NCBI GenBank assembly: GCA_052390235.1
Contig: JBQTHB010000002.1
Location: forward strand, 288,001 to 352,000
From: Deltaproteobacteria bacterium
GTDB taxonomy: Bacteria > Desulfobacterota_D > UBA1144 > Nemesobacterales > CSP1-2
Length of the DNA: 64,000 bases
Reading direction: 5' to 3'
Part shown: positions 39,858 to 50,095 of the stretch, in pieces
Numbering within the stretch: position 1 is the first letter of the stretch
Layout of the letters: every line of letters begins with the position of its first letter
The notes under the pieces: generated by a model
Seen by the model: the letters and a program-made list of their open reading frames with translations, nothing else
The model's database searches: none
Told to the model about the DNA's origin: nothing
Position numbers and translations under genes: made by a program

Positions 39858-40253
39858 CTAGAACGCCGCCGCCCCGGACTCCGCCACCGCGTGGTCTTGC
39901 TCGCCTGAGCCACCGCTGACCCCGACAGCCCCAATGACCTTGCCGTCGCGCTTCAACGGAATGCCGCCGGCAAATATCATGATTCGTCCGCCATTTGACG
40001 CGTGGATCCCAAAGAATTGCCCTCCGGATTGGCTGTGCCCGGCCAGATCCTTGGTCGCGATGTCGAAGGCTCGCGATGTGTACGCCTTGTTGATGGAGAT
40101 GTCAATACTCCCGATCCACGCCCCATCCATTCGCGCGTGCGCGACGAGATTGCCACCTGCGTCGGCCACAGCGATGTTCATCGGCTGACCGATCTCACCG
40201 GCTTTCGCTTCAGCGGCCGAGATTACGCGCCGCGCGTCTCTGAGTGTCATCAT
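39858..40253 (-). CDS. GlcG/HbpS-family heme-binding protein
   Basis: NIAVADAGG.L.A..RMDGA, NKAYT, GGIPL..DG..IGAVGVSGG...QD; GGAG RBS before MMTLRD. Confidence 0.9.
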   Translation of the reverse strand: MMTLRDARRVISAAEAKAGEIGQPMNIAVADAGGNLVAHARMDGAWIGSIDISINKAYTSRAFDIATKDLAGHSQSGGQFFGIHASNGGRIMIFAGGIPLKRDGKVIGAVGVSGGSGEQDHAVAESGAAAF

Positions 40254-40394
40254 AGCTCCTCCGTTCCTGACCTGATTGCGCTCGACTGGAGCGATGCGGC
40301 AAAGTATGCCGAAGTAGCGCCGACTCCGCAAGCGTTCTGACGCGAGACTGTGGCGAAGGCGCCGAACGCCCAAGCTCAGCCTTGTTGGTATTGC

Positions 40395-40697
40395 TTACCC
40401 AGGCATCTTAGCCGCGAGAACGTCAACTTTCTCGATGGACGGCGGTGTGGAGAATAACTCGCCCGCCTTTGCCATAAGCGCCGCAGCGACCTTGCCAGAG
40501 AGGTGAGCTTCCCGGCCCGCTTCGTTGGGAAAGGCATCGAATATGCCAAAGGTGCTTGGACCGAGGCGGATGCCGAACCAAGCAGTGGTGGCTGGCTCCT
40601 CCATTACGAGAGGGAGCCCACTAAGTAGAAAACTCTCGACCTCCTGCTCCTTACCGGGTTTTGCCTCTAGACGAACAAACAACGCTACTTTCACCAT
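40395..40697 (-). CDS. Antibiotic biosynthesis monooxygenase-like (ABM/dimeric barrel) protein
   Basis: VRLEAKPGKE, FGIFDAF.NEAGREAHL; AGGAGG RBS. Confidence 0.85.
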   Translation of the reverse strand: MVKVALFVRLEAKPGKEQEVESFLLSGLPLVMEEPATTAWFGIRLGPSTFGIFDAFPNEAGREAHLSGKVAAALMAKAGELFSTPPSIEKVDVLAAKMPG

Positions 40698-40750
40698 GAC
40701 GTGCCTCCTGTGGTTGCGACGATAAAACGATATATCAAACGATTTCCAGT

Positions 40751-40784
40751 AAGCCTAACACAACATCAAGCCTAACACAACATC
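40751..40784 (-). repeat. 17-bp tandem duplication containing the integron core site GTTAGGC
   Basis: AAGCCTAACACAACATC twice. Confidence 0.85.
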
Positions 40785-40985
40785 TCAGCCTCTGCCCCGC
40801 CTAAGCGCCGCGTGCCAGGCGGCGACCCCGACCGGCGCGCCGAGAGTTGCCCATGAAACGGCGTCCCACAGGTGGTCTCCGAGCAGGGCGGAGAGAAGCC
40901 CGGTCAAGCTGACTATTGCAATAATCATCGGGGCGCGGAACACGGCGAGAAGGCTTGTCTTTGCCGGTGAATTATATTTTTTCAT
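40785..40985 (-). CDS. Small two-TM protein coupled to the PepSY-TM gene
   Basis: ATGA overlap with the upstream gene; GLLSALLGD..WD motif. Confidence 0.7.
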   Translation of the reverse strand: MKKYNSPAKTSLLAVFRAPMIIAIVSLTGLLSALLGDHLWDAVSWATLGAPVGVAAWHAALRRGRG

Positions 40986-42145
40986 CCGACCTCGCCCTCC
41001 GCCGGTCTGCGCTCCTGCCTCTCAAGCTCTTCGATTCGCGCCTCAACGGGCGATTTGCGCCTCGCGAGCCAGAGATATAAGCCGCTTCCCAGCACGATAA
41101 TTGTGATAACATCGAGCGCCGTCCAGATGATTTTCATCGGCATCCCGCCGTAATCCCCAAAGTGAAGCGGCTGCGAGATGAGAAGCGCCGTTAGATACCA
41201 CGGCAACTCGCCACTCACTGCGACATCTCCGTTTCGGGCATCGAGGAGGACGGGCTTCAGCAATTTAGAGGTCAAAGGCGTATCGCCCTTCATGAAAGCG
41301 GCAAAATGATGGGGGCTTGCAAAATTGGTTTGGGGGAAAGCGATGAACGCTATGTCCATATCCGGCTCGACTGTTTTCAGAGCGTCTATACCCTTTTGAA
41401 TCCGGTACTCGCCCGGGAAGATGGGCGGCAAATCTCTGTAAGGCGCGGTCATCGCGGCAAGCTCAGTTGACTGCCAATAAGCCAAAAGCGGCGCGGCTAG
41501 GGTGTTAATCACTCCCGTAAACCCGACTACCAGCGCCCACGCAAGCGTAACTATGCCGAGCAGATTATGTAAATCCAGCCACTTAGTGCGGGATGAAATC
41601 TCGCCTCGCACCGCCCCGAAGGGCAGTCTCTTCATAAATGGTCCATAGACAACCGCTCCCGAAACCAGCGATACCACCAGAAGCAGTCCCATGAATCCCA
41701 AGAACAGCGCCCCCGGAAGTCCAACGAAAAGGTCTGTGTGAAACTCAAACATATAGTACATAAACCCCTGCCTGAGCGGGTACTCAAGCAGTAATTCGCC
41801 GGTGCGAATGTCGTAGGTGTAGAAAGCCGTTGATTCTTCGGCGTCGGGGGTTTTAGCCATAGTCAGCCCCCAAATGTCCGGCTCGTCCTCTTCCTGAAAG
41901 ACAAACTGCACGGCTTCGCCCGGGCGTCTCGAGCGCGCGTCGTCAACTATTCGGTCGAGGCTCAGGTGAGGAGCGCCTTCGGGCAGGGCGGGGGCTTCGG
42001 GGGCATTGCCGAGCAGATGGTCAATTTCATGATGAAAAATCAGCGGCAGTCCCGTCAAACACAGAAGAAGCATAAACACCGTGCAGACGAGGCTTGTCCA
42101 CTTGTGAACCAGATACCATGATTTGATTGTTCTAGCCGTGAGCAT
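40982..42145 (-). CDS. PepSY-associated TM helix protein (iron-regulated membrane protein)
   Basis: VHKWTSL...LTG..LIFHHEID, EFHTDLF, DLHNLLG, PLHFGDYGG; AAGGAG RBS before MLTART. Confidence 0.9.
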   Translation of the reverse strand: MLTARTIKSWYLVHKWTSLVCTVFMLLLCLTGLPLIFHHEIDHLLGNAPEAPALPEGAPHLSLDRIVDDARSRRPGEAVQFVFQEEDEPDIWGLTMAKTPDAEESTAFYTYDIRTGELLLEYPLRQGFMYYMFEFHTDLFVGLPGALFLGFMGLLLVVSLVSGAVVYGPFMKRLPFGAVRGEISSRTKWLDLHNLLGIVTLAWALVVGFTGVINTLAAPLLAYWQSTELAAMTAPYRDLPPIFPGEYRIQKGIDALKTVEPDMDIAFIAFPQTNFASPHHFAAFMKGDTPLTSKLLKPVLLDARNGDVAVSGELPWYLTALLISQPLHFGDYGGMPMKIIWTALDVITIIVLGSGLYLWLARRKSPVEARIEELERQERRPAEGEVG

Positions 42146-42162
42146 GGGGATATCTCCTTTTT

Positions 42163-42345
42163 TTAAAACTCCACCCTGAGCGTCCCAATCACCGCCCGAG
42201 CCGCCGCGCGTTCTACTTCTGTTGTGCCTCCTCCGATGAAAAAGAATTCCTCGTCGAATAGGTTTTTCACGTTCACCTGAAGCGAGATACGTTCGCGCCT
42301 GTAAAAGAGCAGCGCGTCGGTCTGAACCCAGCCGTCCGCATTGCT
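42163..42345 (-). pseudogene. 3' remnant of a TonB-dependent receptor gene
   Basis: DALLFY..LQVNVKNLFDEEFF...R.V.GTLRVEF* (NLFD motif, terminal Phe); 5' part replaced by cassette DNA. Confidence 0.8.
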
Positions 42346-42557
42346 GGTGTTGGCTTTGGACAACCGCTTCCGCAGTCTCGTCAAAGTCGGTCAGGCACAT
42401 CTGCACGCTGTACCCTGGACTGATCAACTCTTCTTCGGAGGACTTGAGACCGGCGAGTACCTTCGTAGCGTCCATGCCGGGCGCATAGCCGGGTTGCGAG
42501 AAATCGATCAATGTTGGATCCAGCCCGATCACGAACACACTCTTCTCATTTGGCACA
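42346..42557 (-). pseudogene. Truncated integron cassette ORF (hypothetical)
   Basis: VPNEKSVFVIGLDPTLIDFS...CLTDFDETAEAVVQ follows the attC and runs abruptly into the receptor remnant. Confidence 0.6.
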
Positions 42558-42656
42558 GCTGCCCCCATCTGGTTGGAGTTAACGTCAAGACCTACCTTCG
42601 GCCCTATGAAGGTCGCGGCACGGATCGTCCTTCGTCTCTGGTGCTCCTCGATATCC

Positions 42657-42727
42657 GCCCAACGGGCTGGGTGGGGCATCAGCTGCGGCGCGTTTTGTGC
42701 GCCGTCAGCTGCATGCTGTTGTTAGGC
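42657..42727 (-). mobile_element. attC site
   Basis: Minus strand GCCTAAC...GCAGCTGACGGCGC-ACAAAAC-GCGCCGCAGCTG...GTTGGGC (RYYYAAC and GTTRRRY ends, imperfect palindrome). Confidence 0.85.
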
Positions 42728-42802
42728 GCTCACTTGATGTGTCCGCGTATCACTGCGAGGACACATCAACCTGCTCCAGTCCCTGCTGAGTCACGCGACA
42801 CA

Positions 42803-45800
42803 CTACTTGCGGATACCATTCAGGAACTCGTCCACGTACGGGAAACTCCTCTCGATAACTTCCAGCAACGTCGTGCCGACCTGCGTGGTCAGCCGACTGA
42901 GATCAAAGCACTCCAAAACCGCACGCAGATGTTCGTCGCTGCCAGATTGAACACCGTGTCGCTCCAACAGATACCTGGCAACAACTTGCAGCTCGCTCGG
43001 AGGAATCTCCTCGAATGATCGCGGCCCCCTGGTTCGCAACCTGATCGGCGGGCTTCCCGTCATTCTGACAATGGAGAAAAGGATGCCGCTCTTACCAGCC
43101 TCATCTTCACAAACAACACGTCCCTGCCAAATGGCATGGGACAGCACCTTGTTCATAGTGCTCTTGAGATCATGGCCCATTCGCTTGATGCCGCAGCCTC
43201 TCAGGTAGATGTCGTAGGCTCGTTTCGCAACCACTGGACCTTCGACCTCGACGATCCGGACAATGCCTTCCGAGACTCCATGCTCGTTGACGCTGCGAGG
43301 GTCATTCCCTGGAGGGCCGACATACTCCACATAATCGCTGAATGGCAGATTGGCGTCTCGCGAGGTGACCGAAGAAACGATCAATCCCGTGCGGCCAAAG
43401 GGAATCCCGTCGTCGTTCGACGGATTCAGGCGAGCCTCTGCTGAAGGCGCGTCTCCTTTTGCTGAAGTGGTTCGTGCCGGCGGTACCTCAGAAAGCCATG
43501 CGTGAGCACTCTCGACAACCGCCGGCTCGATGAGAGAAGACACGACGCGGTGCTCGGTATGCACGCTCCTCGGCGCGCCTTCGGCCCCAATCGGTTCGAT
43601 GCCGCGTTCGGCTAACGTCTTCATGAGGTCGTCCAGGATGTCCTTGCGCCGCCGGATGAAGGCGGAGGCGAAACACCGCCAGAACACCCAACCGGCGCGC
43701 TCCAGGACGCGCTGGCGCTGCATGTCGTCGGCCCACTTGTCCGCTCCGTGGTACTTGTCGCCGTCGCATTCGACCGCCAGCCGCGCATCGTTGTGTCCCT
43801 CAACGACCATGTCGATGCGGTACTGGCCGACACGCACTTGTGGGGTGACCCAGTAGCCACGTTGCGTTAGTGCATCGTACATCTCGCCCTCGAAGGGGGA
43901 CTCGCAAAGTGTGCGCAGATCCGCCACGCGAAGCTCATCCTGGGCGAAGGGTGTTGCGAAGTGCGCGATGAGACTGCGGCGCAACCGATCCGCATCGCTC
44001 AGATGCTCCAGTGCCACCGAGCGCACTAGGTACATCCGGTCCCTCGCGCGCGACGCTGCCACGTTGAAACGCTGGGCAAAAGTGTCGCGGGAGAGCGGCG
44101 CACCGACCTCGTTGGGCGCAGACACCATCGAGAGAAACATGATGTCCCGCTCTTTACCCTGAAACGTGCGTGCATCGCCGCAAGCGATCTGATGGCGCTG
44201 CGTTAGTTCCGGTCCGAGTTCGGCGGTTAGCCGCTCCCATATCAAAAGAGCCTGCTTGTCGGCGAGCAGCGAGACGACCCCGATTGAGCGCCGGGCCATG
44301 TTTGGGTCAGACACAATCGCCTTGATTTCATCGACGATGAAGCGCGCTTCGGACACATTGACGTCGCCATTGCGGTAGCCGTCTTCCACCACCACGTCCA
44401 CGAGGGGCGGGTCGAGCCGCTCGGAGGCTTTGGGCATGCGCAGTGGCCGGAGCTCGTGATTGTAGAACTCCCGCTTAGAGTACTCGATGATCGGGCCGAC
44501 GCAGCGGAAATGCTCCTTCAACATCACGGCGCTCTTGGCAAAGACTACTTTGAACAGATCATAGATGGAGCGCTCAGGAGACATCTGCGGGCGGTACGTT
44601 TCCACCTGATTGCCGAGGAAGCGACTCATAAGACTGCGAATCTTCTCTTCCTCAAGTCCGACGCCCTCTGGGGAGACTTGCTTGTCGTCGCCGACGATGA
44701 GGACTTTCTTCCCCCGTAACAAGGAAGGCAATGCCGTTAGGTCGGACTGCGACGCTTCGTCGATGATGACGAGGTCGAAGCAGCCGAGTTCTGCAGGCAG
44801 CGATTCGGACACGCGATAGTGCGGCATGATCCAGCACGGCACGGCAGGATTCGCCTGCGATGCTGCCATCCGCGCATCCTGTCGATAGCGCACCGCACGC
44901 TTGCCAGTGCCCTTGCCGATTTTCTGAATGGCGTTGAGATACGCCTGCAGGGCCGCCCGAATGCTGGGCGAAGCATTCTCTGCGAGCTTCAGCCACGTCC
45001 GCTTCACAACGATATCGCGATAGGCGCGCGACAAATCGCTCTCCACTTCGTGGCGATCCTTCGCCAGCTTCTTTAGCGCCTCCTGAGCGTCAATCAATTC
45101 GAGGTGGGTGGCGAGGCGCCTCAGGCGCCAAGCGGTGCGCCAGTTGTCCGGTAGAAGGCTATCCGCCGTGCTCTCAAGGGGTCGCCTGAGTGCATCCGCG
45201 TACTTGGGCGCCCCCGAGGACTCGATTTTTCCGCAAACCTCATGCACGGCGGCGAGTTGCGTTCCCAAGCCAAGTACGCGCGACAGCTCCGCCATCAGCG
45301 CCGTCCAATCAGCCTGCATCCGGGTGTATTCAATCTCTGGGTTGCCGAGCGTCTCCGCAAGAAACCGACGAATGTCCTCTATGACGCGGCCCGTGCGGCC
45401 TACTAGTATCTTCTGAAACCGCTCTTTTTGGTACCAGACGTTGGCGAGTCGGTTTTTGGTGAGGTGGTGCCGCAGTGCCCTCTCCAGCTCAGCGAGTCGC
45501 TGCGTGTCATCCGCCAGCTGGCGGACGTGAGCCCAGTTGGGGAAGACGAGAGAAGCTGCGCCGCAGACTTCTCCTTCCGCTTTCACTACGCCCTTCACCT
45601 TGAGGTAGAGAGCGTAGTCTTGGGCGGCGGCCAGTCCGCCTTCCGGCTTGTCCCCCGGTAGGGCTTCAAGCTGTAGCTCGGGGGCAAGGGCGTTCCAGCG
45701 CAGGGCCAGCTCGCGCAGGGACTTCAACAACGCCAGATGCTCCGCGACATACTCCCAGCTCTCGGCGTTGGGAGGGGGATGGCCGAGAACCCGAATGCTG

Positions 45801-48087
45801 TCCAGCTGCTTCTTCTGGGTCGACTTGCCGAACAGTCCTTTCACACCAAAGGGCCTTCGGCCCTTGGCGAGATTGCTCACGGCCTCTGCGATCTCGGCAT
45901 CAAGCTCGATGCCTTCGGGTGTGGTAACCGGCCGCTCAAGAAACGTCTTGCGCCGGTCGACAGCCTGCTCAAGCTCGGCGCCGAGAGCTTCTAGAATCGG
46001 CACCATGTTGTCGTTGCCGCCGCGCCGCAGACGTTCTCGCATGGCGACGGTCCATGGTCGATGCGCCTGCGCGACTTCATCGCGTAGGCGCCGAAGGGCT
46101 TCGATGTCCGTGAGAAGTGTTTGAGCGAGGGCGAGCGTCTCCTGGCTCGAATCGGCGAGCGCCGGAACGTCGCCGCTCTCCACGCCCTGTTTCAGTTTTT
46201 CGAACTGCGACAGATCCTGGTGGACTTCGAGTACTGCCTTGGAGTCGGGAAACTCCACGAGTTGCGGAAGCGACGCATCGAGGTAGTCGATGTCTTGGCC
46301 TAGCGCACGCCTTGCATCCCGTAGCCGCACAACATCCGCGTCCACGAACTGCGGGGCGAACTCTGGAGTGACTCCAAGCGTGTCAGGAATCCACTCAAAC
46401 TGGTCGACGTTCCTGGCCACTTCTCGCGCCGCGTCTTGAGGGTCAATCTCTTCGGTTTCCATCTTGACCGTGGCGAGGTTCCGCTGCGCCCATTCACCAA
46501 TCTTGCGGTCAATGCTGGCAAGCTTGCCGTGGAGGGCATCAATGGACTCTCCAAGATGGTTGATGGCTCTCGCGGTGCTGGCGCGGTCGAGGCCCTGCAC
46601 CTCGGAGGCAATCTTCTGGATCGCATACTCGAACTGCTTCATCCCTTCCTGTTCGCTGGTCAGCAGCGAAATGGCGAGCGGACGGATTTCCTGAGGGAGC
46701 TGGTCTTGGAGCACCGCCAATGCCGGGTCCTTCATGGAGGTCACAAGCACCCGTTTGCCTTCAGCCAGGTAGTGACAGATGACGTTGGCGATCGTGTGTG
46801 TCTTGCCAGTGCCAGGTGGACCCTGCACGACTACGCCATCGGAGTTATCCAGCAGCTGGATGATGCGGACCTGCTCGTCGTTAAAGGCTTTGGGGAAGTA
46901 GAGGTCACGAGCCTTCTTGCCGCTCGCGTTGTCCTGTGGTTGATATGAAGCGGAGACCCCACGGAACGTCAGCAGTTCGACGACCGGGTTGGAGGTGTCC
47001 GGGTCGGTCACAACGGCAGCCACTGCGGGTGGGTAGGACTTCGCTTCTTCGGCGCGTTTCTTCAGCTTCTCCAGGTCCTGCAGAAACAAGCTGTTGGTGC
47101 GCGGACGCGCAAAGAGCACCCACGTATCAGTGACTTTGAGTTTGTCGTCGGACTTCGGCAGCGTCCGGTCGGCATCCGACACTTCGTTCGGCCAGTAGAT
47201 GCCGTTCGCGTCGAGGTTGGTAGCCGCGGTGCGAAGCAAGGGCTCGAAGGTTCCGCGGTCGTACGGCGAAAACGTTGTTGTAGCCTTCCCGAAGAACTCC
47301 TTCGCCGCTTTCTCCAGCTCGGCAACGCCGGGGTTATCGACGGATGCGTACCAGTCCACCTCTATACGAGCATCGACATCCCGAGGTCGGATTTCCATTT
47401 CAGCCGTCACAGGGTTGAGCGACATTTCGGCCAGCCGCCCGACCAAGGGATAGCTCACAGTGGCGCCTTTGGAGTTCCAGATTCCGAGCCCCAGGAGAGT
47501 TCGAGTTGCGCTTCGACGATGCTGCCATCGAGTTGCTGCTTGAGCGTGAAAAGCTGGGAGTAAAGGCGAATGGTCTTGCGCCGGAGTTTCTCTTCTTCGG
47601 CCCAGGGGCGCCACTTCGTGTCGAGGTACGTGGCGAACTGGGACCTGACCATGGCACATCTGTCGTAGTCGGAGAGCATGACAGTCGCCTCGGGGGCGAT
47701 GACCGGTCTGCCCTGCTCTGGTGAACTTGCCGATGAATAATATGTGCCCTCTGCAATCAGGCTGGCGCCGTCCGTGGCCTCGCGCAGCCGCGGCTCTTCA
47801 GTTGTCCCCTGCGCCATCTGCACCCAAGGCCGCAGTAACGGGCTGGCAATACCCGGAGGCCTCATCTCGTGCAGCCGCTCAACGGCAAGCCAAATCTCGT
47901 CCTCGCTCTCGGGGCCGTTGACGTTAAGGCGAATGCCTGGCAGTCCTTGAATCTCGTGCTCGTAGAGTGCGAAGAGACCGTGTGCGGCAACGGTAGCGGC
48001 TGGCTTGCCTCGCAGCCGCGCGGACTGCTGAGAGAATTCGATGAGGGAGAGAAGCCGAGTCTTTTCCTCGTTCATGAGGCTTCTCAT
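42803..48087 (-). pseudogene. Cassette-borne ~1800-aa SF1 (DNA2/NAM7-like) helicase fused to a Vsr/MTES_1575-like nuclease; one frameshift near 47490
   Basis: QGPPGTGKT, IIDEASQ, GDDKQ, EHFRC, FQGKERD, RFNVAASRAR, ESPFE..YRID..ECDGDKYH..RQRVLERAGW; ORFs 47455-48132 and 42803-47659 join at QLEL..W/GLGIW. Confidence 0.85.
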
Positions 48088-48146
48088 GTCATTGTCTGGG
48101 GTTTCAAAACATCGCATTCTTATCACCCGCATCAGGCGTCAGGTGC

Positions 48147-48206
48147 GCCTAACGCCTGAATTAAGCCGCGCCGCGAAGCGGCATCGGCTTGAATGAATTG
48201 TTAGGC
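48147..48206 (-). mobile_element. attC site (60 bp)
   Basis: Minus strand GCCTAACAATTCATTCAAGCCGATGCCGCTTCGCGGCGCGGCTTAATTCAGGCGTTAGGC immediately after the stop of 48208-48759. Confidence 0.95.
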
Positions 48207-48207
48207 A

Positions 48208-48759
48208 CTACTTGCCTACCAGTACGGCGTCCATGTCGTACTGGTAGTAGGCACGGTCAGCACATTTGGCGTTGAACCTAGCGACAGCGGCATTGACTTG
48301 CTCCACGCGTGCGTTTGCGTCAGGTAAGCGATTGTTATGGGCTGCTACGAGCTGTCGATGGCGATCAACAAGGGCGTTAAAACTATCAATGGAGTCTTGG
48401 CTATAAACGTCGACCAGACCTTCCTGTGCAGTAATTTCTGTCTCTAACCGATTGATTTTTACTGCATTTGCGGCAATTGAAGCCTGAAGTTGATCAACTT
48501 GGTCGCCACTCGCGTTAATCGCATTTTGCTCTTTGACGCATTGCGACAGTTGATCGCGTGCAAGCACTGGCCCTTTGTGCCGCGCGCCAATTGATAGACC
48601 ACGAGTACGAAAGCCAGCACGACGGCGTCCGCGAGCATCTGCATCTTGGATGATCAATGTGATAGCAAACCCGAACAAGCCAAAAAGTGCGGCTCTTCTA
48701 CTAACGGACATGATTGAACTCCCCACTGTAGCACCCAACTTATGATTGAGCGGAATCAT
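48208..48759 (-). CDS. First integron cassette: exported coiled-coil hypothetical protein
   Basis: SRRAALFGLFG leader, heptad-rich body between two Cys; begins right after a TTAGGC core and ends at an attC. Confidence 0.75.
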   Translation of the reverse strand: MIPLNHKLGATVGSSIMSVSRRAALFGLFGFAITLIIQDADARGRRRAGFRTRGLSIGARHKGPVLARDQLSQCVKEQNAINASGDQVDQLQASIAANAVKINRLETEITAQEGLVDVYSQDSIDSFNALVDRHRQLVAAHNNRLPDANARVEQVNAAVARFNAKCADRAYYQYDMDAVLVGK

Positions 48760-48866
48760 TCCGCCTAATCACCGAATTTTGTGTATTATCTGAAACAATT
48801 CGGGATAATAATCTTAATATCCAGAATGAAAGTAAACTCTTTTCGGGAGTTTCGCAAGAGCAATTT

Positions 48867-49200
48867 ATGGAAAATAAGCCAAAAATGTTGGAACAAGTCA
48901 GAATGGTCGCCAGAGCAAGACATTTGAGTCATAAGACCGAAGACGTTTATCATAATCGCATCAAGCGGTTTATTTTGTTTCACAACAAACAACATCCGAA
49001 GGAAATGAGCAATGGCAGGGGTTGAGAAATTCTTGACCTATCTTGCCGTAGAGAAATATGTGTCTGCCTCTACCCAGAATCAGGCGTTCAGCGCCTTATT
49101 GTTCCTTTACCGAGAGGTACTCAATAAACCCTTGGAAGGTCCAATCAACTCTTTGCGTGCGAAGCGACCTAAAAGACTGCCGACAGTTTTGACCCGGGAG
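48867..49200 (+). pseudogene. intI: Integron integrase N-terminal fragment (frameshifted, truncated)
   Basis: MLEQVR..AR.RHLS.KTE..Y..RIKRFILFHNKQHP.EM / VEKFLTYLAVE..VSASTQNQAFSALLFLYREVL...RAKRPKRLPTVLT; divergent from the cassettes; no catalytic domain. Confidence 0.9.
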
Positions 49201-49371
49201 GGTAGCTTTGCCTGATTCTGGGCTTCCTCCTTGGGCGAGGGGGATATTCAAGTCCTGCGACGGGGTTTCCAGCCAGCCCTCTGTATCGCCCGCCGCTAGA
49301 CCGGAGGATTCAAAAACCAGCGTCAGAGCGAATAGAATCTGCGCTACCCGGAAAATTCTGGATTTTTTCAT
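49096..49371 (-). CDS. Exported protein 5' fragment, probably truncated at the intI junction
   Basis: AGGAGGAG RBS and signal peptide; 3' third overlaps intI antisense. Confidence 0.45.
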   Translation of the reverse strand: MKKSRIFRVAQILFALTLVFESSGLAAGDTEGWLETPSQDLNIPLAQGGSPESGKATLPGQNCRQSFRSLRTQRVDWTFQGFIEYLSVKEQ

Positions 49372-49408
49372 CTGCTCCTCCTAGAGGCGGGGTGCCGCCA
49401 TTTGACTG

Positions 49409-49870
49409 TTAATTCAGCGTTACTGCCATTGGGACTCTGAGCGTGTTGGCAAAATATGCCTCATAGCCGCCGTCCCCGTATAAAAACGCCGAGCCGTCGT
49501 CGAACACTACTGTCAGCGCGTTCTCTGCCTTGAAGGCATCGCTTTGGCTCACGCGCTGCCACTCTCCCATGGCGGCAGGATGAGCCGAGTCCACGTCCGC
49601 CGCCGAGACTTCTCTATCAATAAAATTGACGATTCTCTCTTTTATATTGTGGATAAATCCCTCGATAATATCTCTGCGCTCATTAGGGGAAATCTCCTCT
49701 GCGCCTGAGCGTGTGTTCCACTGCGAATCCGCCGGGAATATTCTGCGACAGCGCCGCGCAACGCATCCCGCCACTCCGTAGCCGCAGAATGTCTCCGCGT
49801 CCGGGGATTTGCGGCTCAGTTCAAGCCCGATGTCTCCTGCGGTTCTCTGGCGTTTTTCCACACGTTTCAT
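49409..49870 (-). CDS. Hypothetical protein
   Basis: AGAGGAG RBS before MKRVEK; no recognisable motif. Confidence 0.55.
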   Translation of the reverse strand: MKRVEKRQRTAGDIGLELSRKSPDAETFCGYGVAGCVARRCRRIFPADSQWNTRSGAEEISPNERRDIIEGFIHNIKERIVNFIDREVSAADVDSAHPAAMGEWQRVSQSDAFKAENALTVVFDDGSAFLYGDGGYEAYFANTLRVPMAVTLN

Positions 49871-50095
49871 TAAATAATCTCCTCTTAATGGTACTCTGAT
49901 ACTGATATTGATAATCAATCTGAATCTACATCGGCTCGGCGGCTGTGTCAAGGGTTTCCGGGAGGAATTTTGAAGCCGCTGGCGTGGGCTGATTAGATAA
50001 TTCCAAATAAATATGTCAGGATATAGCGGTATCTGAACTTTCCTGGTGAACCGCTCGCGGCTGGGCGGCAATTTCAATGTAATGGAGGAATATCT

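Noticed and set aside
40982..42679. 565-aa ORF as a novel fusion protein
   Set aside because: Chance read-through from an attC site, a truncated cassette and an off-frame receptor remnant; the PepSY gene has its own RBS and start at 42145
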